A stretch of 64,000 nucleotides of DNA from Amphiscolops sp. MND2022 (taxonomy: Eukaryota), in NCBI GenBank assembly GCA_964187785.1, contig OZ076409.1:21454001-21518000 (forward strand), in the 5' to 3' direction. The notes beneath the pieces were generated by a model. It was not told the DNA's origin. It searched no databases and was given only the letters and a program-made list of their open reading frames with translations. Both the position numbers and the translations under genes were made by a program. This document shows, piece by piece, positions 14,255-24,130 of this stretch (positions within the stretch are counted from its first letter, which is position 1; each line of letters opens with the position of its first letter).

Positions 14255-14318
14255 ACGTTGCTGTACAGCCAGCGTTAATGTACAGCCAACGTTAATGTAC
14301 AACCAGCGTTAATGTACC
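14204..14318 (+). repeat. 17-bp tandem repeat RCGTT(GC/AA)TGTACARCCA, ~6.7 copies
   Basis: Units start at 14204, 14221, 14238, 14255, 14272, 14289 and 14306. Only 3 copies are present at the right end of the element. Confidence 0.9.
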
Positions 14319-14362
14319 GGCGCATACGTTATTCTTATATAACTACAACTAACATTGATTCG

Positions 14363-14608
14363 TCTCCCATAGCTTAGTGGTTATAGCATTGACTAAAGTT
14401 AAGGCTTCGGCCGGAGTGTTTGGGGTTCACTTCTATCCAACGTCCCCCAGTCTTTGTTACAACTTACATGCTATGGGAGAATAATCACCAATGGCACAGT
14501 TCTTAAAAAGGATAATCCCTGCTGTGGAAACTCTTAGTGGAACGGACTCCCGATGGGCTTTGAGTTTACCATAGGCATGTCAATACCAATGGCATGCCTA
14601 TGGGTTTT
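14363..14608 (+). ncRNA. Candidate Pol III-transcribed tRNA-like structured RNA inside the Polinton
   Basis: A-box TAGCTTAGTGG at 14370-14380. TCTCCCATAGC pairs with GCTATGGGAGA (11 bp). There is a GGC-TTCG-GCC tetraloop, a weak B-box-like GGTTCACTTC, and a 14-bp terminal hairpin (14569-14603) followed by the first T4 run at 14605. Confidence 0.5.
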
Positions 14609-14636
14609 GTATTTTTCAACTTTTTCATCTTAATAA

Positions 14637-15464
14637 ATGTATGAAACTCCGTCTCTTCATAAGTTTGGTTATTCTAGTGAACAGCTAAAACTGAGGGAAT
14701 ATCAGGAGCTAAAAGATATGATAAAAAGTCAAGAAAAATTAGCCCAAATAACACATTCCAAATTGAAAGAAGATTTGCAACGCGATTTTGAAAATGACAT
14801 AGAAAATCAAGTAGAAGAAAAAATGCTAGACGCGACAGCTTCCGCGGTAGCTATCACAAAGGCGCATCAAACACTAGACCCACAGGAAATTCAAGATGTT
14901 TTATTAAACACAAAGTTAATGAATGATATTTATTCCCAGTTTTCAGACCTTTCAAAAACCATAAATAAATTAGAACAAAGTATGAAAAAATCTTTCGCCG
15001 AACAAAGAACTGCTTTAGTAAATGAGGTACTAAATTTAATACACAACAATAGTTTTGAAATGTTAACAGTCCGTAATTTAAAGTTTATGAGTCAGGTGGG
15101 CCAAGCTGGAAAGATTTTAAATGAAGATGAAATAAGTAATATTCTTAATGGCCTAGATCAAAATAAAATTACTATAACTAACAACATAATTCAACTGCTT
15201 TATGACAAAGGTTTGTTCGATTCCTTTCCCAATAAAGATCAAGCTTTTGCAAATTATCTAACTTTCAGTGAAACATACCTCTTGGAAAAGTATGGAAAAA
15301 CAATACCTACTTCAGATGGAGAATATTATCTGTCTGATTTAGAATATTCTACCAGACAATCAATTCTGGAGTCATTGAAAAAAGACAATTTTAAAGACCT
15401 TGTTGATATGAAACACAGAATGAAATTAACACCAACGGAAATAAATTTCATTTTATATGATTAA
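14637..15464 (+). CDS. Polinton ORF1, hypothetical helical/coiled-coil protein (275 aa)
   Basis: Long open frame with a TAATAAATG start, abutting the next gene. No motif recognised. Confidence 0.75.
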   Translation: MYETPSLHKFGYSSEQLKLREYQELKDMIKSQEKLAQITHSKLKEDLQRDFENDIENQVEEKMLDATASAVAITKAHQTLDPQEIQDVLLNTKLMNDIYSQFSDLSKTINKLEQSMKKSFAEQRTALVNEVLNLIHNNSFEMLTVRNLKFMSQVGQAGKILNEDEISNILNGLDQNKITITNNIIQLLYDKGLFDSFPNKDQAFANYLTFSETYLLEKYGKTIPTSDGEYYLSDLEYSTRQSILESLKKDNFKDLVDMKHRMKLTPTEINFILYD

Positions 15465-15467
15465 TAA

Positions 15468-16172
15468 ATGGAACAAAAACTCTATCCCTCCCTGACCCCA
15501 ACGGCCTCTCCCCCCGCACCATATGATGTAGAATCAATGATAAATAAGCGATTGCAAAGCGCGTTGCAAAACGAATTACAAAAAGTAAATAGTTTCAATA
15601 ATTCTATTCAAAACATTAGTCTAATGATGAAATATTATGAAATGGAAGAAAAGAAATACAAACAGAAATACAACAAATACAAGCTAATAAATAACCTAAT
15701 TAACTCCATCGATGGCATTATAGTGATTGGAACAACTTCAGCATCAATCTCACTAAGTATTACTGGTGTGGGTATTATAGTGGTTCCAATCGCTGCAGGA
15801 GTTGGTTGTACAACTGGTATTCTTGTTAAGATTTGTTCCAGTTATTTGAAGAAAAAGGAGCAAAATTATAAACTTAAGTACACTATTATTCAGAAGACTC
15901 TTGACGACTTTAGACAACTTTATGTTACTAGCCTAAAAGATAATCATATAGATGAAAAAGAATATCACCGATTTGTGACTCAATTTGAAAATTATCAGGT
16001 AGCTTCGCGCGCGACAGCTAACACAGCTTCGAGCACAGCTTCGCATACAAAATCACAAGTAGCTTCACACGCGACAGCTAACACAGCTTTGCACGCGACA
16101 GCTAACGCGACAGCTAACACAGCTTCACACACACCACCAACAATACCACTTAAACCACACAATTTTTTATAA
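15468..16172 (+). CDS. Polinton membrane protein (possibly PW-like), 234 aa
   Basis: A Gly-rich hydrophobic segment (GIIVIGTTSASISLSITGVGIIVVPIAAGVGCTTGILV) is flanked by Lys-rich helices. N-terminus reads LYPSL/PTASPPAPY. The PW assignment is tentative. Confidence 0.75.
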   Translation: MEQKLYPSLTPTASPPAPYDVESMINKRLQSALQNELQKVNSFNNSIQNISLMMKYYEMEEKKYKQKYNKYKLINNLINSIDGIIVIGTTSASISLSITGVGIIVVPIAAGVGCTTGILVKICSSYLKKKEQNYKLKYTIIQKTLDDFRQLYVTSLKDNHIDEKEYHRFVTQFENYQVASRATANTASSTASHTKSQVASHATANTALHATANATANTASHTPPTIPLKPHNFL

Positions 16173-16284
16173 TTACTTTATTCAATTTTAACATAAAAAA
16201 TAAAATAAAAATTAACACTAATAATTGAAAAATATACTATTGAAAAATATGCTGCTATTAAATTCATAAATTTATTATAAATAA

Positions 16285-19200
16285 ATGGAGAACTGCAGTA
16301 TTTGTAATTCCGATTATAAAAAAGCTTACAAGTCTGATCATCTAAAATCAATAAAACATTTACAAAAATTAAATCAATATTATTGTAAAAAATGTAATAC
16401 ATTTATGCCATTGTCTGACAAGTCTAATCATCTAAATTCAGATGAACATAAAAACAAAACCAAACAACAACGCGAAGCTACACAAATTTGGTGTGAAGAT
16501 TGTGACAAATATATAAGTAATTCAAGACATTTCCAAAGTGAAATTCACACGTTAAGAAGTCAAAACAATGCTACAAAAAACGCATTTGGTAATACACTAC
16601 ATGGAGTAGGAACTGGCGTAGAAATAATTGTGAATGAAAAAACATACAATAAACTGAGAGTAAATCCAACAAATCATCTTGAAGAACAGATTAATGATTT
16701 ACTAAATAAAAATTACTTTCCCCGATACAAGTTCCAATTGAGTTATTTAGCTAAGTTTTCAAAAATAGTTAGTGGGCAGAGCTTCGCAGAAGAAATTGTA
16801 TTTCACAAATGGGTTAAATCAGATTTTAATTACAATTACACGCAGATTGCCCTCGGCACAAACCCAAATATTCACAACATATTAATGCAGAAATTAGATG
16901 ATGAACAATTAGAAGGATCAGGTTTTGTGTTAAACGGTATTGTCAATGTTATATTAGAAATTTATAAAGTCAATGATATTCAAGCTTCTTCATGGGTTGA
17001 GTTGCCAGAAAAATATAAGAATAATAAATCAATTATAAATATAAAAAATGATGATCAATTTTGCTTTTTGTGGTGCATCCTAGCACACCTTTTTCCCGTT
17101 GAGGATCATAAAAATAGAACATCAAATTATTCAATGCACACGAACAAACTACTCATTTTAAATGGTTTAGAATTCCCCATGAAAATTAAAGATTTTCCCC
17201 AAGTTCGAAAACTTAAATAATTTAAACGTAAATGTATTTGAACTCACAAAAACAGTTTTAACACCAATCCATATCAACACAAACTATGATCAACCACAAA
17301 TAGATTTATTATTATATCAAAATCTCTATTGCTTAATAACAAAATTGCATTGTCTAATAAATAAGGATTCGCACATGAAATGGGTGTGTAGAAGATGCCT
17401 AACTGCATTTAGTTCTGAGGATATTCTCAGTCAACACATTGACCGTTGTCAAAAACAACAACCAACTAATATCACATTCAGTTGGAAGGATCACTTAAAG
17501 TTCGAAGATTATCATATGAAAGTTCCCATACCAATAAGAGTATATGCAGATTTTGAATGCATTAATCAACCAACAGACGACCCCAAAGTATTATTTAAAC
17601 AAATTCCAATTGCAGTAGGATTTTATATAATTTCACCATTTGGTAATAATTACAGCTCATACTTTGGTGAATCGTGTGTAACATGGTTTGTAAATGAAAT
17701 GTTGACTCTGGAAAACATTGCTAGTAACTATTTTGAAACAAATTTACCTCTTGAAATAACTCCTGAAGAACATCAATCATTTCAACAATCCAAAGTGTGT
17801 TGGCTTTGCGAACGAAAGTTAGACGGTGAGGGCGAAGCTACGCATAACGTTCGAGATCATGATCATCTTACAGGCAAGTACCGAGGAGCAGCCCACAACA
17901 AATGTAATTTAAATTGTAAAAAAAAGTCAAGTTCGTTTGTTCCTATATTTTTCTATAATTTCAGTGGTTATGATTGTCATTTAATTTTTGAAGAACTCTT
18001 AACATCAGCTTATAATCTAAAGTTACCAATAAATATTATACCAAAGTCAATGGAAAATTATGTAAGTGTGCAAGTAGGTTGTTTAAGGTTTTTAGATTCA
18101 TACAGATTTTTGAGTAGTAGTCTACAGAAACTTATAACATCATTAAATGATTTTCCTTATATGCAAAATGAGGGCCTAACTGATGATTTATTTAAGGAAA
18201 AACTAGCTTATCCATACGAAAAATTCAATCTTAACAACCTGCTTGAACCACTAAATCTAACAAAAGAGGACTATTGGTCAACACTGAATCAATCTTACCC
18301 ATGTGAGGATGATATAAAAAGAACCCAACAATTGATTGACACTTACATTACAACAGCACAAGAACTAACAGAATTGTACTTAAAAATGGATGTACTACAA
18401 CTCACTGACGTGTTCGAAAACTTTGTTGAGAAGTCTACACTTGAATACGGCATCAATCCTTTGTACAGTTACTCTTTACCTGGTTATACATGGAAAGCTG
18501 GTTTAAAACTTACTAAAATTAAATTAGATTATATAAAATGTAAAGAATTATTATTACTTTTAGAAAACAATATACGTGGAGGAATTTCAAGTGTAATGGG
18601 ACCCAGATTCATTGAGTCAAATGAAAATACTAAATTACTGTACATTGATGCAAATAACTTGTATGGATGGGCAATGAGTCAATACCTTCCTACAAGTGAA
18701 TTCGAAAAACTAGATTTCCCAGAAGAGTACGAATTAGAACAAATGATAGAAGATTTGAGATTTATTCCAGACAATAATGAATTTGGATACTTTATAGAAT
18801 GTGATTTAGAATATCCAGCAGAAATTAAAGAAAAAACCGAAAACTTTCCACTTTGTCCTTATCAAACAAAAGCCGATCCAAATCTTTTCTCAGAATACAT
18901 GAACAGTGTAAAACAATCCAACTACAAACCAACCGAGAAACTTATGTGTGACCTAACAAATAAATATAATTATATGATGCACTACAGGATGTTCAAGTTT
19001 TACACCCAGATCGGGATGAAAGTAACAAAGATTCACACAATCTACCGGTTCAAACAATCACTTTAGTTAGAAAAATACATTAATCATAACACACAAAAAC
19101 GCACCAAAGCAAAAACAAACTTTGAGAAGGACCTCTACAAATTAATGAACAACGCTTTCTTTGGTAAGACTATGGAAAATGTTAGAGACCGGACTAATTT

Positions 19201-20113
19201 AGAGTTTATCCCTCACACCAATATTGATCAAATAATAAAAAGACAATCGAAGTTAAGCTTCAAAGGAATTACTAATCATTACTCCGAATTCAGTGTTTAC
19301 AAGTTTGATAAGGAAAAAGTAATTTTTGATAAACCAATATACTTGGGGTTTAGTGTTTTAGAACTGAGTAAATTGTTAATGTATGAGTTTTATTATCACA
19401 AATTACAACCATATTATAACAATAAAATTAAACTGCATTACATGGATACAGACTCATTCATTCTAAGTATTAAAACTGGAGACCTTATAAATGATTTGGA
19501 ATACTTCAAAGATGATTTTGATTTCAGCGAGCTCGACCCAAGTCATGAGTTGTACAACTCAATCAACAAGAAAGTTATAGGTAAAATGAAAATAGAAACA
19601 TCACCAATTATTGAATTAAACAACTTCGTAGCTTTGAGATCTAAATCATATTCTTTTAGCTATGGCTCAGCACAAAAGCTAACACAAGAGGCAAAGCAAA
19701 GAACAATTCAGAAATCAAAACAAAAAGGAATACAACATACACCAATTTATTCACAATTTATAAATTCATTATTTAACTCTGAAACAACAACTGCAACTAA
19801 TTATTCTATTAGAAGTAATGCTCACAACTTAACTGTTCAGAAACAAGATAAGCTAGCTTTGAATCCTTTTGATGACAAAAGACTGTACTTGAATCCAATA
19901 CAAAGTTTATCATGGGATAAACACACACAAAAAGGTGATTGTCCTTGTATACTTTGTATAAAATTAGTTGGTTTGTATTACACCGAACTGAGCACAAGGG
20001 ATGGCACAAGCCTCCCAGATGAAGAAATATACTATAACATTTGGACTCTGAAAGAAAAATTGAATCATCAACAGCTTTTAAATCTGATAAGTGATCGGGC
20101 CCATTTATTGTGA
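16285..20113 (+). pseudogene. pPolB: Protein-primed family B DNA polymerase (~1275 aa reconstructed), disrupted
   Basis: Three N-terminal C2H2-type fingers; vOTU-like DDQFCFLWCI; ExoI YADFE; endonuclease VII-like CWLC..RDHDHLTGKYRGAAHNKCN; polymerase motifs YIDANNLYG, KLMNNAFFGK and YMDTDS. A +1 frameshift near 17195-17200 (gattttccccaag) and an in-frame TAG at 19064-19066 (expected Trp) separate ORFs 16285-17220, 17345-19066 and 19145-20113. Confidence 0.93.
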
Positions 20114-20244
20114 TTACTATCGTGATAACTATCGTGACGCACAGCTTTCGCGATAGCTTTCGCACACATCTTTTATAATTAGAAATATCATTTATTATCA
20201 TTTATAATTATTAATCTATGATTCATCATTCCTCTCATATCAAA

Positions 20245-21492
20245 TCAAATGAGGTCAAAATGCCTTTGCCCATCACTACTAATACTTATTAGTTTTGGGG
20301 TTAATACAAGTGCATAAGCTATATAATCTGCTACATCAATGGCAGCATTAAATTTAAATTCTAAACGGATTGACTGACTCGCAATGATATCCCTTTGTTT
20401 GCTGAGGTCAAATACATAAAAATTATAATTTGTTCTGAATTTGTTCAAATCAATAAATGGATTGAGTAAGTTAGTTTCACTATTCAAGTGATAAAAGTTT
20501 TCAATTTCACTATATGCTTGATCATATTTGTCGCGGTCGTAATCACATTCAATCCCATCATCGGAATATTTTTCTGATCCTATTTTACAAACAGCATTAC
20601 TAATTGGCAACCGGTCAAACACTGCATTATCATGAACCTGAGAATCAATTTTATTTCTAGCTTGAAATCCAACAATCACAAAAGTTGGAGTCGATGTTCC
20701 CGAAGATCCGCCTGCGCTGCCTAATTCAAATGTCCAATTCGAATTCGTGTTAACATCTTTTCTAAAAATAATTCGTTCCGTGTAACTCAATTCGGTTGGA
20801 TCTTTATTTAGAATTTGGTCCATGACAAGTTGTTGGTTTTCGATACTGGGAACATAGTGTGGGATATACCAACCAATGTCTTTAATAACCACTTTTGCAG
20901 CATCCACTCCAACACTTCTTAAAATGGCGTCATTGTTAGTGTTCCGTTTGAGTGTAAGAGTGTAGCCCAACCCATAAGTTATTTTTTCTTGATCAGCAAA
21001 TCCAAACAAGTCTTTTAGTTTTATTCTCACAAAAAAGGTTCCTTTCTCATTTTTGTTGTTTGTTAGTTCTTGTCTTCTTATAGTAGTATCTTCTTCAAAC
21101 CCATACATTAATTGACTTGTGGATTTAGTGCTTGTCAGAAGTTTATACATTAAAGAAATCAAGTGCAAATTGTCAACTTTTTCCAGGTGTTTCCCACTAG
21201 AAGTTGTTAATTTGGCTTCACTAAACAGAGAGATTGGCCCAAAGTTAACCAATCCAATTTCATCACCATCAGCAAATCTTGTATTATTGTTTTTAAGTAC
21301 TTCAAATTCTAAACTTAAATAACTATTTTGTAAACAAATATAAGCATCTTCTCTTGGGAAACTAATTGTAGTATTCGAGTTTGTATTGTTAATTGTCGCC
21401 AAACTACTTGGATTATACTTTATGAAATCAATTTTATGAATAGGTTTTTCAAGAGTGTATTTATTTTTTAAAGAAAACATATCTCTGTTCAT
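20245..21492 (-). CDS. MCP: Double jelly-roll major capsid protein (Polinton PY), 415 aa
   Basis: Size and motifs fit Polinton MCPs (SYLSLEF, NFGPISLFSE, LKDLFGF, PTFVIVGFQ, FYVFDLSKQ). The ORF is intact. Confidence 0.85.
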   Translation of the reverse strand: MNRDMFSLKNKYTLEKPIHKIDFIKYNPSSLATINNTNSNTTISFPREDAYICLQNSYLSLEFEVLKNNNTRFADGDEIGLVNFGPISLFSEAKLTTSSGKHLEKVDNLHLISLMYKLLTSTKSTSQLMYGFEEDTTIRRQELTNNKNEKGTFFVRIKLKDLFGFADQEKITYGLGYTLTLKRNTNNDAILRSVGVDAAKVVIKDIGWYIPHYVPSIENQQLVMDQILNKDPTELSYTERIIFRKDVNTNSNWTFELGSAGGSSGTSTPTFVIVGFQARNKIDSQVHDNAVFDRLPISNAVCKIGSEKYSDDGIECDYDRDKYDQAYSEIENFYHLNSETNLLNPFIDLNKFRTNYNFYVFDLSKQRDIIASQSIRLEFKFNAAIDVADYIAYALVLTPKLISISSDGQRHFDLI

Positions 21493-21551
21493 TTATAATA
21501 AAAAATTATTGCGAAAGCTATCGCGAAAGCTCCGCGAAACTACGTCGAAAA

Positions 21552-22478
21552 TTACTCAAACCTGTGGAAAATATTCATACTTTCTAACGTTTTGTTGTTA
21601 GAGTCAAAGTCGAATATGCTTCTTAAAAGTTCTTGTTCATAGTATTTTCCTTGAATAATTTCTCCGTTTTCATCATTTAGAGTGTATGTTACTGGGTTTG
21701 TTTTGTTGATGCTGTGTATTTTAAAAAGTTCTCTATTCCAATTTGTTGTATAACCTTTTGAATAAATGTTCCTTTTGTCAGGAACTCTTACAAAATCCCC
21801 CACTTGGAATTTGGCGAAGCTTTGCGCGAAGCTGCGGTAGCTATCGCGGTAGCTATCGCGCGGTTGTTTCGGTTTATTAACAAAGGTAGGTGGATCTATT
21901 GGTTTTTTATTCGCTTCAAAAGGTGTCATTTTTGTTGTGGTATGGACACGATTATTATACTTTTGTAAAGCAGCATCAAGGTGATTCAACCAGTTACCTT
22001 TACCCTCAATATACATTGGTTCTTTGATTAAGTCCAGAAGTGTTCTATTGAAACGTTCAACAAAAACAGCCTTCAAATCTGAATTAGTTGAATAAATTTG
22101 AATGTTTTGCTCTTTTAAATAGTGTAAAAATGTTGTGTTGTAAAACTCTTTACCTCTATCACTCCATATTTTGTGTGGTTTTCTCTTCTCTTTTTCAATG
22201 AGACTTTTTATTGCAGTTGTTGTACTTTTTCCTGATTTATCTTTGAGGGGAATCGCCCATGCATATTTGGTATGATTGTCAATTATTGTGAAAATAAACT
22301 TGTAGTTTTTGTTGTATTTGCTTAAGTTTGAGCGATCAATTAAATCGATACTCCAACATTCATCTTTATAGTGAGTTTGTATTTGAATTCTTTGAAACTT
22401 CTTAATTACAGGAGAGAATATTTCTTTAGCAATCTGCTCTTTGTGAAGCTCCGCGCGAAGCCCTGCATTTTGATTCAT
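21552..22478 (-). CDS. INT: Retroviral-like DDE integrase, 308 aa
   Basis: WSIDLID, WSDRGKEF and VERFNRTL form the DDE triad; also YNNRVH..TKMTP and FQVGDFVR..KGYTTNW. No C-terminal chromodomain is visible. Confidence 0.96.
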   Translation of the reverse strand: MNQNAGLRAELHKEQIAKEIFSPVIKKFQRIQIQTHYKDECWSIDLIDRSNLSKYNKNYKFIFTIIDNHTKYAWAIPLKDKSGKSTTTAIKSLIEKEKRKPHKIWSDRGKEFYNTTFLHYLKEQNIQIYSTNSDLKAVFVERFNRTLLDLIKEPMYIEGKGNWLNHLDAALQKYNNRVHTTTKMTPFEANKKPIDPPTFVNKPKQPRDSYRDSYRSFAQSFAKFQVGDFVRVPDKRNIYSKGYTTNWNRELFKIHSINKTNPVTYTLNDENGEIIQGKYYEQELLRSIFDFDSNNKTLESMNIFHRFE

Positions 22479-22595
22479 TTATTATAGTTTTATAACAATT
22501 TTTTATAAATAAATGAATAATGATTATTGCTTGCAGAGCTATAGAAATAATTATCAAGATGAAGGAGCCGGCGCGAAAACTAGCGCGGGAGGTGG
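22418..22595 (+). repeat. 178-bp direct repeat, copy 1
   Basis: Matches 24119-24296 with 1 mismatch (offset 1701 bp). Confidence 0.95.
22479..22512. promoter_or_regulatory. 34-bp bidirectional intergenic region between integrase and ATPase 1 (putative divergent promoter)
   Basis: CAT-TTATTATAGTTTTATAACAATTTTTTATAAATAA-ATG; both start codons lie within ATAAATG. Confidence 0.5.
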
Positions 22596-23721
22596 CGCGG
22601 GAGCTGGCGCGGCCAATTGGTATCAGAAAACACGAATTTATAAAGTAATCACAAATCCTATGTTTATTGTATGTTTAATTTTATTTATAGGTATTATTGT
22701 TGTAATATATTGGAATTATATTCGCCCTAGGCAGGTTAAAACAATTAATAAAAAACTACTACAATTTGCAGGGTTCAAATACTCTCATCTGACAAACCAG
22801 GAACGCGAAGCCCCCCAGGATACACGCGAAGCTACGCACAACCATTCTCATTGCAACGCGCATTTCATAATCTATGGCAGTAGTGGCTCTGGGAAGACAA
22901 GTTTTTTAAAGCATTATTTGGCACAACGTCCCCACGACAAGTCCTGTGATAGCCCCCGCAGTTATTTAGTATTTGGGAGAGATGAACGTGAGTTTCCCTC
23001 TCAAAATTTTGTACCACTACTGCAGTTGGAGAAAGTTAGTATTGAATCACTTGCTAATAAAATTGTTGTACTGGATGATGCAGGTGCATACAAGAACCTT
23101 AGATTGAAAGTAGAAGACCTTTTCCGATTTGGTAGACACTTGGGGATTCAAGTGATATACCTTGCTCACTATGCAAAGGATGTTCTTCCAATCGTGAGGG
23201 AAAATTGCTTCAAAATATACCTAACAATTAATAACCCAGATAATTTCTTCGAGTCGATTGGACAAACTTATGCAATAGCTTCCACAATCAAAGAACTTAA
23301 TTGGAAATACTACCGGGATCAGTTAGAATATGGCATAATTGAACTGGACACAAGGAGTCAGAAATTTAAGATACTAAACGACAAGTACAACTTAATTTAT
23401 GATTCGAGCAAACGAAGTAAATGGGGTCCAGAACAACTTGTTGCTTATGAAAGTTACTTTTTCACTGGTGATGAATACAACAGACTCAAAATTTTCTTAG
23501 AGGAAATGTCCGACCAGACAATTGAAATAACACCACTCAACATAGCTTATTATTATGTAGCCTATTGCAAACAAAATAATATTAAAGTAAATGAATCCAA
23601 AATAAAAAACTACGTTGAGCGTATGCAAAAACCACTAATTAGTGATTCAGTTAAAGAGGACTTTAAAAATTTAATTTATGATCAGGCAAAAAGTTTTACT
23701 AAAAATAAACTGAGTAATTAG
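22513..23721 (+). CDS. A32/FtsK-HerA-like ATPase 1 with N-terminal transmembrane segment, 402 aa
   Basis: Walker A GSSGSGKT, Walker B VVLDD, and the FRFGRH...REN motif. Hydrophobic segment PMFIVCLILFIGIIVVIYW. Confidence 0.88.
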   Translation: MNNDYCLQSYRNNYQDEGAGAKTSAGGGAGAGAANWYQKTRIYKVITNPMFIVCLILFIGIIVVIYWNYIRPRQVKTINKKLLQFAGFKYSHLTNQEREAPQDTREATHNHSHCNAHFIIYGSSGSGKTSFLKHYLAQRPHDKSCDSPRSYLVFGRDEREFPSQNFVPLLQLEKVSIESLANKIVVLDDAGAYKNLRLKVEDLFRFGRHLGIQVIYLAHYAKDVLPIVRENCFKIYLTINNPDNFFESIGQTYAIASTIKELNWKYYRDQLEYGIIELDTRSQKFKILNDKYNLIYDSSKRSKWGPEQLVAYESYFFTGDEYNRLKIFLEEMSDQTIEITPLNIAYYYVAYCKQNNIKVNESKIKNYVERMQKPLISDSVKEDFKNLIYDQAKSFTKNKLSN

Positions 23722-23754
23722 CGGAAGCTATCGCGAGAAATTAGTAAAAAAAAT

Positions 23755-24012
23755 ATAGTGATTCTTAGAGAAATTTAGAGAAATTTAGTGATTCTTAGAG
23801 GAATTTAGTGATCTCTAAGAATCTCTAAATTTCTCACTAAATCACTAAGGTTTCACAAAGAGCATTTATTTTCACTAAATTTCACTATAATCTCTAATCT
23901 TAGAGAAATAAATACTCTTAAAGGAATTTAGTGAAACCTTAGAGGGATTTAGTGAATTTGGCTTAGTGAAATTTAGTGATTACATAGTGATTATTAGAGG
24001 AATTTAGTGATT
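23755..24012. repeat. Non-coding array of TTAGTGA/TCACTAA direct and inverted repeats
   Basis: About 7 forward and 3-4 inverted copies; inverted arms of ~23 bp at 23778-23836. Confidence 0.8.
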
Positions 24013-24025
24013 TTTTACTAAATAA

Positions 24026-24130
24026 ATGAATTGCTTAATTTGTAATAAAAGTAGTGAAAAAAGTTTGTGTGATGATTGTAGTAATAAAAAAAGATGTAAA
24101 GATTTCTTTTATTTGGTGATATTTCTTTAG
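24026..24130 (+). pseudogene. Orphan Zn-finger mini-ORF, probably the original 5' end of ATPase 2
   Basis: AATAAATG start. Translates MNCLICNKSSEKSLCDDCSNKKRCK..., with a stop inside the duplicated segment. Confidence 0.45.

Noticed and set aside
13913..14302. ORFs 13913-14302(-) and 28685-29002(+) with near-identical translations
   Set aside because: They are the two TIRs read in mirror image, lack the element's ATAAATG start, and run off the element ends.
14204..14318. Possible CRISPR-like array
   Set aside because: The 17-bp units are contiguous with no unique spacers, there are no cas genes, and the context is eukaryotic.
14363..14490. Functional decoding tRNA gene
   Set aside because: The anticodon loop is only 4 nt, the T-loop lacks A58, and the acceptor 3' strand is displaced by ~30 nt. 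Kept as a tRNA-like ncRNA candidate instead.
19064..19066. Programmed readthrough or selenocysteine in pPolB
   Set aside because: The codon is TAG at a position where Trp (TGG) is expected, so a single substitution is the simpler explanation.
19809..21322. Antisense ORFs overlapping pPolB and MCP (19809-20201, 21119-21322)
   Set aside because: Shadow frames of real genes, with no ATAAATG start.
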